From positions 20,547-84,546 of the forward strand of contig JADHUT010000001.1 in NCBI GenBank assembly GCA_016784385.1: DNA of 64,000 nucleotides, given 5' to 3'. The notes beneath the pieces are model-generated. The model saw only the letters and a list, made by a program, of their open reading frames with translations, was not told the origin of the DNA and searched no databases. The position numbers and the translations under genes were made by a program. Origin of the DNA: Candidatus Microgenomates bacterium (lineage in GTDB: Bacteria; Patescibacteriota; Microgenomatia; UBA8517). Shown here in pieces: positions 1 through 7,226 of the stretch; positions within the stretch are counted from its first letter, which is position 1; the number at the start of each line of letters is the position of its first letter.

Positions 1-26
1 ATTTTTTTCATGCAGATGGGATTATA

Positions 27-221
27 TTAGTAGTTCCTTTTCTTTGCAAGCTTATTCTCAAACTTTAGTCTGTACAGTTTTTCCTTTTTTTTCTCAGATT
101 TTTTCTTAAATCTTTCCCTTTCTCTCAACTCAGGAAGTAATCCAGTAGAAATAGTTTTTTTTCTAAAGCGCGTCAACAGAGCATCATCTGATTCACCTTT
201 TTTCTTTTTTACAATAAACAT
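27..221 (-). CDS. rpsU: 30S ribosomal protein S21
   Basis: Small basic protein, GESDDALLTRFRKK...RERERFKKKSEKK, matches the bS21 pattern. Confidence 0.85.
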   Translation of the reverse strand: MFIVKKKKGESDDALLTRFRKKTISTGLLPELRERERFKKKSEKKKEKLYRLKFENKLAKKRNY

Positions 222-309
222 AATTTATATAACCAACCCCCTTTTTAATTAAGGTTTTTATTTTACCATCTTTATCCAAATTATGGTATGATATTTTTTA
301 CTTGCAAAA

Positions 310-1320
310 ATGAGCAAAAACAAGAAAGCTTTAATAACTGGAATCACAGGTCAAGACGGTAGTTACTTGGCAGAGTTTTTGCTTGATAAAGGCTACGAAG
401 TTTCAGGAATTGTTAGAAAAACTTCACATGAAGACTACGCAAATATAGGCCATATTCAAGATGATTTAAAATTATTCCAAGGAGATCTGTTGGATCCAAT
501 ATCTTTGCGAGAAATTATACAAAAGGTTAACCCTGGTGAAGTATATAATTTAGCTGCACAAAGCCACCCCTCAGAGTCTTTCAAACAGCCAATACACACA
601 GCTGAAATTACAGGTCTTGGAGCACACAGGGTTTTGGACGCAATTTTGGATGTAAATCCAAAAGCAAAGTTTTACCAGGCTTCTAGTTCAGAAATGTTTG
701 GTTGGGTAAGAGAAATCCCACAAAATGAAGAAACTCCTTTTAATCCTGCAAACCCATATGCAGCTGCAAAATTATATGCATACGCGATGGTTAGGATATA
801 CAGAAAAAGCTATGACATGTTTGCTTGCAATGGGGTTCTTTTTAATCATGAAAGTCCAAGGCGACACTTAGGGTTTGTCACACAAAAAGTAGCATACGCT
901 GCAGCTTGTGCTAAATTAGGTATTAAAAACAGTGATCATCTAAACGAGGAAGGGGAATTGGTTGTAAAAAATGGAAAAGTAGCTCTTGGAAATTTGGAAG
1001 CTAAAAGAGATTGGGGTTTTGCAGGGGATTATGTTGAAGGTATGTGGATGATGATGCAAGCTGACAAACCAGACGATTTTGTGCTTGCAACAGGGGAGAC
1101 ACACAGCATCGAAGAGCTTTGCAAAGAAAGTTTTGACTACGTAGGTCTTGATTGGAAAGACTATGTGGAGGTAGATAAAAGATTTATAAGACCAACTGAA
1201 ACAGGACCATTAGTAGGAGATGCAAAAAAAGCAAAGAAAATATTAAATTGGGAACCAAAAACTACATTCAAGGAGTTAGTTAAAATAATGGTAGATGCAC
1301 ACGTTGCAAAGTTAAAGTAA
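310..1320 (+). CDS. gmd: GDP-mannose 4,6-dehydratase
   Basis: ALITGITGQDGSYLAE, YNLAAQSH, YAAAK, FNHESPRR and RDWG motifs. Confidence 0.95.
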   Translation: MSKNKKALITGITGQDGSYLAEFLLDKGYEVSGIVRKTSHEDYANIGHIQDDLKLFQGDLLDPISLREIIQKVNPGEVYNLAAQSHPSESFKQPIHTAEITGLGAHRVLDAILDVNPKAKFYQASSSEMFGWVREIPQNEETPFNPANPYAAAKLYAYAMVRIYRKSYDMFACNGVLFNHESPRRHLGFVTQKVAYAAACAKLGIKNSDHLNEEGELVVKNGKVALGNLEAKRDWGFAGDYVEGMWMMMQADKPDDFVLATGETHSIEELCKESFDYVGLDWKDYVEVDKRFIRPTETGPLVGDAKKAKKILNWEPKTTFKELVKIMVDAHVAKLK

Positions 1321-1321
1321 G

Positions 1322-1495
1322 TCAGCTTTCTTCTTCAGAAGGTTGGTCATCTTCTTTTTCCCAAACTTCACCTTCTGTTTCAATGTTGACTTTGCTTGCT
1401 TTAGCTATTTCAGATATATCTTCTATTGAAAATTTACCACCCTTTTTTTCTCGAAGTTTTGTGATTTTATCAAAAATAGTTTTTTCTTTTGACAT
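1322..1495 (-). CDS. small hypothetical protein (57 aa, not in ORF track)
   Basis: MSKEKTIFDKITKLREKKGGKFSIEDISEIAKASKV...; TATAAT 8 nt before the ATG. Confidence 0.55.
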   Translation of the reverse strand: MSKEKTIFDKITKLREKKGGKFSIEDISEIAKASKVNIETEGEVWEKEDDQPSEEES

Positions 1496-1597
1496 AGTTA
1501 TATATTATACCAGATATATCTGAACAAGAAAAAAAATAGCTATAAATCCAATTATCCACAAAGTTACATAAGACTATATAGAATAACCGTCAAACAA

Positions 1598-1660
1598 ATT
1601 GACGTTGAAGTTTTAGAACAGAAAGTTGAAAAACTAGAACATAAATTCGTTACGGCATAA
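1598..1660 (+). pseudogene. 3' remnant of a small coiled-coil gene paralogous to 2012..2242
   Basis: IDVEVLEQKVEKLEHKFVTA* versus FDELDKRVGKLEHQLAAL*; no in-frame ATG upstream. Confidence 0.55.
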
Positions 1661-1686
1661 AGATTTTTAAAACAGGACACTTCTTT

Positions 1687-1769
1687 TACAGGTCGTAATA
1701 GAGTTTTATGGTCTTTTTTCAAAGTGGTCGTATTCGGGCCAAAACAAAGGCGTATTTCCCTGTGGGCAG
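1687..1769. repeat. imperfect direct repeat (distal copy) of the tRNA-Trp 3' end and flank
   Basis: tacaggtc...gtattcgggc...gcgtatttccctgtgggcag, also found at 2265..2354. Confidence 0.9.
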
Positions 1770-1774
1770 AGCTA

Positions 1775-1880
1775 TACCGAAAAATTAGAACCCAACTTTG
1801 CGATCTATGAGCTCGCCCCTGCGGGGCTCGCTTTCGCTCCGGCTCGTCACTTCGTTCCTCGCCTTCGAGTATTTTTTTTG
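1775..1880 (+). repeat. GC-rich hairpin-bearing island-end element, copy A
   Basis: gagctcgcccctgcggggctcgctttcgctccggctcg..., homologous to the reverse complement of 4580..4690. Confidence 0.75.
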
Positions 1881-2011
1881 TGCTTTTGATCAAACAGTAG
1901 TTTGATATTGTTCTTGCCCCACCCAGCCCAGCGCGAACAATTTATTTATAATTTAAAAAGTACTCCCAAATTTCACATTTGAAATCTTGTTTTCAGGTGT
2001 TAATATGAATT

Positions 2012-2242
2012 ATGGCTGACAATAAAATGCTCCAAATGATTCTAGATAGAATAATTTCTTTAGAAAAAAAGGTTGGGGAAGGGAACAAAGAACTAAAAAC
2101 TGAAATACTTGAAAATAGAAAAAGAATTGAAAAGTTTGGTGTGGGTTTGGCGGCGCTTTCAGATGATGCTCCAACAGTAGAGGAATTTGATGAATTAGAT
2201 AAAAGAGTTGGAAAACTAGAGCATCAGCTTGCTGCACTGTAA
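2012..2242 (+). CDS. small coiled-coil hypothetical protein
   Basis: Heptad pattern, C-terminal KRVGKLEH. Confidence 0.7.
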   Translation: MADNKMLQMILDRIISLEKKVGEGNKELKTEILENRKRIEKFGVGLAALSDDAPTVEEFDELDKRVGKLEHQLAAL

Positions 2243-2264
2243 AAATTCACAACCAAACTCCATC

Positions 2265-2354
2265 TACAGGTCTTAATGGGTGTCTTTACGACCTTTTTTG
2301 ATAGTGGCCGTATTCGGGCGGCCACAAAACAAAAGCGTATTTCCCTGTGGGCAG
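2265..2354. repeat. imperfect direct repeat (tRNA-proximal copy)
   Basis: Matches 1687..1769. Confidence 0.9.
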
Positions 2355-2422
2355 GGGCGAAGGGAATCGAACCCCTATCTAGTCTTTTGGAGAGACTTAT
2401 TCTACCGTTAAACTACGCCCCT
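2352..2422 (-). tRNA. tRNA-Trp(CCA)
   Basis: Acceptor AGGGGCG/CGCCCCT, anticodon arm AGTCT-CTCCAAA-AGACT, GTTCGATTC T-loop. Confidence 0.95.
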
Positions 2423-2480
2423 ATGATTCGAATTATACCTTAAAAAGTTGAAAATATGAACAAATGTATTATAATAAGTT

Positions 2481-2681
2481 ATGGGACTCACAGATGTAGA
2501 AAAACAAGATTTGCTTGAATCTTTTACTGGGGATGTACTAGATGGAAATACGTATGAAAAAAATCCTAAGCGAAAAGGGAGTTTTAAGGACAAAGAAGGA
2601 TCAAGGCCTCCTCTAAATTTAGGAAAAGAGGCTGGACAGGCTACTTCTAAATCTGGTTTTCCAAAAGGGAAAGTGTTTTGA
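2481..2681 (+). CDS. small hypothetical protein
   Basis: 66-aa ORF with a TATAAT-like box just upstream. Confidence 0.45.
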   Translation: MGLTDVEKQDLLESFTGDVLDGNTYEKNPKRKGSFKDKEGSRPPLNLGKEAGQATSKSGFPKGKVF

Positions 2682-2686
2682 GCTCA

Positions 2687-2929
2687 TTAGTTGACAGAAG
2701 ATAGAATCTTTCGTGCGTCTTTTGATGTTATAACTTTATCATCTTTCATTTGTAATATCGATCTTCTAAACCTCATACTCTCCTCTTCATTTACTCTTGA
2801 TGTCGTATCGGTCACGGTCATGGTGTGGGGATGCTCAATCTTTCCCAGATCTCTACCGGGCTCAGGAAAAGCACAATCACCTGCAGGCATTTTAGCAGCA
2901 CGATTAAATATTTGTTCTAGTTTTCCCAT
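2687..2929 (-). CDS. small hypothetical protein
   Basis: 80-aa ORF, TATAAT 9 nt before the ATG. Confidence 0.5.
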   Translation of the reverse strand: MGKLEQIFNRAAKMPAGDCAFPEPGRDLGKIEHPHTMTVTDTTSRVNEEESMRFRRSILQMKDDKVITSKDARKILSSVN

Positions 2930-2949
2930 GGTTTACTAATTATATATCT

Positions 2950-3135
2950 TTATTTCAACTTTGAAGACTCTTTGTGTGAAGTTACTTTTTTACAGGTTTG
3001 GCAGTGTTTGTTAAGTTCTAGTTTTCCATTACCCTTTACATCCATATTAACTTTGTTACGTGTGGTCACGTAATTTTGTGATTTACACTCCTTGCAGATC
3101 ATTGCTACTATTTCTCTTGCTCCTTTTTTTGCCAT
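2950..3135 (-). CDS. rpmG: 50S ribosomal protein L33
   Basis: CKEC...NYVTTRNK...LELNKHCQTCKKVTSHKE. Confidence 0.95.
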   Translation of the reverse strand: MAKKGAREIVAMICKECKSQNYVTTRNKVNMDVKGNGKLELNKHCQTCKKVTSHKESSKLK

Positions 3136-3175
3136 GAGAGGAATTATATCACAAAGAGAATTTTAAAAAAGTGGG

Positions 3176-3246
3176 AGCCTAGTAAGAGAATCGAACTCTT
3201 GTCTTACCCTTACCATGGGCACGTTCTACCATTGAACTAACCAGGC
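3176..3246 (-). tRNA. tRNA-Thr(GGT)
   Basis: Acceptor GCCTGGT/ACTAGGC, anticodon loop ATGGTAA, GTTCGATTC. Confidence 0.92.
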
Positions 3247-3330
3247 TAGTATCGAATTTGGATTATATCATTTTATTTAAATGGTTTCTTTCTGAAAAGA
3301 AGAGGGGATTTTGGTATAATACAATTTCAT

Positions 3331-3402
3331 GCCGGGGTAGCTCAGGGGTAGAGCGATGCTTTTGTAAAGCATATGTCGGGGGTTCGAATCCTCTCTCCGG
3401 CT
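3331..3402 (+). tRNA. tRNA-Thr(TGT)
   Basis: Acceptor GCCGGGG/CTCCGGC, ATGCT-TTTGTAA-AGCAT; TGGTATAAT promoter upstream. Confidence 0.93.
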
Positions 3403-3427
3403 CATCCTGTAACATAATTTGTTATAC

Positions 3428-3512
3428 GCTGGGATGGCAGAGTGGTCAATTGCACAAGACTGTAAATCTTGCGTCCGGAAGGGCTACCTAGGTTCGAATC
3501 CTAGTCCCAGCA
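3428..3512 (+). tRNA. tRNA-Tyr(GTA)
   Basis: Acceptor GCTGGGA/TCCCAGC, CAAGA-CTGTAAA-TCTTG, long variable arm. Confidence 0.95.
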
Positions 3513-3578
3513 CTGAGTAGGACATTTGGATAAAACCCTATTGTCACCCCAGCTAGTGAATTGTGATGATTTTTTATA

Positions 3579-4337
3579 TCAATCTGAACACCATTGTTTC
3601 TTGGTGTTTAAGTATATATCATAATCGTCTCGATTTTGTTCAACAAATTTTTCCACGAAGTCTCTATTTAATGAGAAATTTGGTTTAGTGGTTACGTTAG
3701 TTTTTTTTAATCGATACTTTTTTTTTGTTCTGTTAATTCGTGCGCAATATTCTTCTAATGACTCTACAACACCTATTACTGAAAAATCTGTCCACGAAAG
3801 TGGCTTAATGTATTTTGTTTGATAGTTAGCGAGAGAGTCATCTAAAAGATAATCGGCCAGAGATAGTTTCGTTTCTATTCCAATTGCCCACTCAGGTAAA
3901 GGTCTACCTGAACTACTTCTTTGATTCACATAAAAATATTGAGAAATGGCTCGTTCTAGAGGATTTCTTATAACAGTGATTAGTTTTGCCTCAGAATATT
4001 TACCTGCAAACTCTAAAGCTTTGTGTCCGTGAATTACGCGCCATTCGTCACCAACCTCGTCAACAAGACTCTGTGGTTTTAAAGGTGGTTTAATTAATCG
4101 ATAGAATTTAATTCTATCCTCTGTACTCAGTAAAAAAGTTTTCAACTTAGACAAGATCGGAAATCTTGCTTCTAAACTTACACTTTCTGATGCATGGAAT
4201 AAACCACCTTTATCACGATAATGTAGATACACTGAATTTTGTGGAAAAGATTCTGAGAAAAAAATTCTTGTTGAATATCCCCCTGTTTTGGGAATATGTT
4301 CACTAATATACTTTGTTTGTGTTTCTTTGTTTGACAC
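3579..4337 (-). CDS. sulfotransferase family protein
   Basis: HIPKTGG (5'-PSB) and RNPLERAISQY (3'-PB) PAPS-binding motifs. Confidence 0.8.
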   Translation of the reverse strand: MSNKETQTKYISEHIPKTGGYSTRIFFSESFPQNSVYLHYRDKGGLFHASESVSLEARFPILSKLKTFLLSTEDRIKFYRLIKPPLKPQSLVDEVGDEWRVIHGHKALEFAGKYSEAKLITVIRNPLERAISQYFYVNQRSSSGRPLPEWAIGIETKLSLADYLLDDSLANYQTKYIKPLSWTDFSVIGVVESLEEYCARINRTKKKYRLKKTNVTTKPNFSLNRDFVEKFVEQNRDDYDIYLNTKKQWCSD

Positions 4338-4579
4338 GGGAATTTGTTATTAATATTTGACGAATTGTATCATAAATTTTTTTTTAGTGAAATCATATAC
4401 CGTCCGTATGGACGGTAACATGGATGAAATACCATATAATTGGGTAGTTTATGACATTGAAAAAGTGTTGGACGGATATCCTAACCAGCGTTAGCTGGTT
4501 ACCCCACATCCTTTTACGGGGTGAAATTATAAATCACAGCGAAGCTGTGTACCTGCCGGAGGCAGGAAAAATCGCGTCT

Positions 4580-4690
4580 TAAAAAACAAGCGGAGACGAG
4601 GCCAAAGGCCGAGGCGGAGCGCAAGCGAGCCCCGGCAGGGGCGGTGGGAGCTCAATAAACTCGCACATATTCGTTTCGAATTTGTGCGTA
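4580..4690 (-). repeat. GC-rich hairpin-bearing island-end element, copy B
   Basis: Minus strand gagctcccaccgcccctgccggggctcgcttgcgctccgcctcg..., matches copy A. Confidence 0.75.
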
Positions 4691-4732
4691 CCAGAGCACA
4701 GAGTAGAGTATTATTACTGAGCTTCAAAAAAT

Positions 4733-4880
4733 GGTCCCAATTATCAGAAGAGCCCGGTGAACTTCCTGGGTTATCCAGGTGGGTAGGCTGCTTGATACCT
4801 TTACGGTACCTAGACTCACCTTCCCTTATTCAACGATTAGTCAGGAAGATCTGACCAAAACTCCAATGTTAAAAGGGACC
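4733..4880 (-). ncRNA. ssrS: probable 6S RNA
   Basis: Closing stem GGTCCC/GGGACC; CCCACCTG and ATTGGGAC motifs resemble Firmicutes 6S; TATAAT 6 nt upstream; T-run downstream. Confidence 0.65.
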
Positions 4881-4908
4881 AAATACATTATATATTGTTA
4901 GGTCAATG

Positions 4909-5538
4909 TTAGACTAGTGGCACTTGTGGAAGAAGTATGTTTATGAAGAAGCTGATGGTTGGTGAAATTATTCTTGAAACCAGGGATCCTCCACCAAAAC
5001 TAGGTAGAATAAGTAAAAATAGTATAACCATCCCATACCTATTTAAAAATAACTCAACGCTCCGAGCTTCTCTTTGGGGCAGTATTCCAACCAGTATTTT
5101 ACCTCCATCCAAAGGATGAACTGGAATGAGGTTAAAGATAGCTAGTGCTACATTTAATATTACAAAAGGAACTGCAATGGCAGAAAGAAGAGGTGAGAAT
5201 CTCGCAAATATTGAAATTACTATTGCAAGGATTAGATTTGATGCAGGTCCCGCCAAAGAGATCAATGCTGAATCACGCCTTGGATTTTTAAGATTATACG
5301 GATCAAATTGCACAGGCTTGGCCCATCCAAATGGTATTACAGGGGCTCCTAGATAGCGCATGATAGCTAGTACTAATAGTAGTGTTGTCCCCACAGGATC
5401 ATAGTGAACAAGGGGATTTAGTGACAATCTACCAGTAAGTCTGGGTGTTGGGTCACCAAGTCTGTCAGCCATCCAAGCATGAGATGCCTCATGTATGGTA
5501 ATGGCAATTGCAAAAGCTAGTATCCAAATAACAATCAT
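4909..5538 (-). CDS. site-2 protease family (M50) membrane metalloprotease
   Basis: HEASH, AGPASN, FNLIPVHPLDG. Confidence 0.92.
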   Translation of the reverse strand: MIVIWILAFAIAITIHEASHAWMADRLGDPTPRLTGRLSLNPLVHYDPVGTTLLLVLAIMRYLGAPVIPFGWAKPVQFDPYNLKNPRRDSALISLAGPASNLILAIVISIFARFSPLLSAIAVPFVILNVALAIFNLIPVHPLDGGKILVGILPQREARSVELFLNRYGMVILFLLILPSFGGGSLVSRIISPTISFFINILLPQVPLV

Positions 5539-5606
5539 TGATCAATTTCTGTTCATCTAGTATAATCCAAATCTGGTTTTTAGTCAGCAAGGAATTAATC
5601 ACACAC

Positions 5607-5819
5607 ATGGCATATATTTGTAGTAATTGTAAAAAAGGGACAGTACACGGGGCAAGCAGGTCTCACAGACGTGGTGTGGCTGGAAAAAGGTGGAAAAAAA
5701 GAGCACAAGAAATAAAGAGACTATTTAAACCAAATCTTCAAAAACATGATGGAGTCCTTCTGTGTACCAAGTGTATTAAAAAGCTGAATAACCCCCTTCT
5801 TGGTAAAAAAGAAAAATAA
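5607..5819 (+). CDS. rpmB: 50S ribosomal protein L28
   Basis: MAYICSNCKKG...SH...FKPNLQ...CTKCIK; start moved to ATG 5607. Confidence 0.88.
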   Translation: MAYICSNCKKGTVHGASRSHRRGVAGKRWKKRAQEIKRLFKPNLQKHDGVLLCTKCIKKLNNPLLGKKEK

Positions 5820-5821
5820 AT

Positions 5822-6661
5822 TTACTTTTCAATTAAGTAGGCTTCTTTGAATTGTTTCCAGGAAACTGGATTTTTTCCTTCAAGTTGAACCTCATCTAAA
5901 ACGAGTTTGTTTTCTTTTGTGTGACATTTTAGTATCTTCAATCTTTTTTGTTGTTTTTCTGTCTTTGATTTATTTATTTCTATGTTTGTCCATATTCCAG
6001 GCCAAGGTGTGTATGCCTTCATCTTTCTAACAATTAACTCTGGATCATCTTTTTTTAAATCCACAAATCCATCTCTTTTGGTTATTATTTTTGTATAAGT
6101 GGCATCAGCGTCGTTTTGAGGTTTCGGCCCAATGATATTTTTTTGGTAGAGGGGGAGTATTTCAACAAGTATATTTTTTGATCTATCAAAAAGTCTAACC
6201 CTCAAAGTTTCGGCAGTATCGCTTTTTTGTAGTTCATCTTTAAATGAAGTTATGATTGGCCCTCCATCCATTTTATCGGTTAATTTTATAATAGTAGCCC
6301 CCACGCTTTGGGGTTCCTCGATGATATTTTGCTGGACAGGGGAAGCACCTCTGAATTTGGGCAATAAGGACGGGTGAATATTTAAGATTCCAAGGGGAAA
6401 TTTGTTTAGAATTTTATTAGGTATTATTTTTCCATATGAGGCCAGTATTCCTATATCTGCAGGAGGAATTTCGTCAAAATTAAAGTGAATCGGAATATTT
6501 TTCTGGTGAGCATACTTATCAACTGCTGAGAATGTTTTTATTTTTTTCCTGCCAGCTATCTTGGGAGATTTTGTCACAACTGCAACTATTTCATGATATT
6601 TTTTTAGTTCCTTGAGGATGGGAACTACATATTGGGGGGTTCCAAAAAAAACTATTTTCAT
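5822..6661 (-). CDS. fmt: methionyl-tRNA formyltransferase
   Basis: MKIVFFGTP, NIHPSLLPKFRGASP; ATGA overlap with def. Confidence 0.93.
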   Translation of the reverse strand: MKIVFFGTPQYVVPILKELKKYHEIVAVVTKSPKIAGRKKIKTFSAVDKYAHQKNIPIHFNFDEIPPADIGILASYGKIIPNKILNKFPLGILNIHPSLLPKFRGASPVQQNIIEEPQSVGATIIKLTDKMDGGPIITSFKDELQKSDTAETLRVRLFDRSKNILVEILPLYQKNIIGPKPQNDADATYTKIITKRDGFVDLKKDDPELIVRKMKAYTPWPGIWTNIEINKSKTEKQQKRLKILKCHTKENKLVLDEVQLEGKNPVSWKQFKEAYLIEK

Positions 6662-7203
6662 ACTATTGTAACTTCTTCCCACTCTTCATTTTTATCAATT
6701 CTGTAAAGTTTCTTTTTTTGCTCTATAAGTTTGTCCACAAACAATATTCCATCTAAATGATCTACCTCATGCAATATTATTTGTGCGTGAAAATCTTCAA
6801 ATATTTCAATCATATCTTCACCTTTTTCGCTTAAGTATTTAAGAGTTACCCTGTTTGCTCTTTTAAGTGGTCCGTAGTAGCTAGGTAGAGATAAACACCC
6901 TTCTAATATTTCATGCTCATGGTCGTGTGCTTTGATGGTCTTTTTCTTTGTCTTTGTTTTTTCAACTTTAATTATTTGTGGATTTATGACAAGCCTGGAA
7001 AAACCTTCGAAATCAACCCAAAACATTCTAATATTTTTGCCTATCTGTGGGGCAGCTAAACCGACTCCGGCAGGCTCTTTTTGAGCTTTTAGTGTGTCTT
7101 TAAGGTCAGTGATTATTGTTTTTATTTTTTTGTCAACAGACCCAACGGGTTTTGAAATTTGTCTCAATTTTTTGTCTGTAGAAGGCACAATTTTTTTAAC
7201 CAT
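6658..7203 (-). CDS. def: peptide deformylase
   Basis: GVGLAAPQIG, EGCLS, HEVDHLDG. Confidence 0.97.
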   Translation of the reverse strand: MVKKIVPSTDKKLRQISKPVGSVDKKIKTIITDLKDTLKAQKEPAGVGLAAPQIGKNIRMFWVDFEGFSRLVINPQIIKVEKTKTKKKTIKAHDHEHEILEGCLSLPSYYGPLKRANRVTLKYLSEKGEDMIEIFEDFHAQIILHEVDHLDGILFVDKLIEQKKKLYRIDKNEEWEEVTIV

Positions 7204-7226
7204 GGTCTAATTATACAGTTTTTCGG

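Larger units (their letters stand above)
1770..2354. mobile_element. 585-bp integrase-less mini-island at the tRNA-Trp 3' end
   Basis: Bounded by direct repeats containing the tRNA 3' core CTGCCCA; GC-rich terminal element; one cargo ORF. Confidence 0.6.
3521..4706. mobile_element. about 1.19-kb integrase-less mini-island at the tRNA-Tyr 3' end
   Basis: agcactgagtag (3509..3520) and agcacagagtag (4695..4706) direct repeat; distal end homologous to the tRNA-Trp island. Confidence 0.6.

Noticed and set aside
1552-1560. Perfect DnaA box TTATCCACA as a possible oriC
   Set aside because: Single copy, no dnaA/dnaN or box cluster, and no evident skew switch here
1564-1893. 109-aa minus ORF (likewise 4527..4727)
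   Set aside because: Read-through of GC-rich repeat elements; no protein-like features
3258-3491. 77-aa ORF in the track
   Set aside because: Runs through tRNA-Thr and tRNA-Tyr
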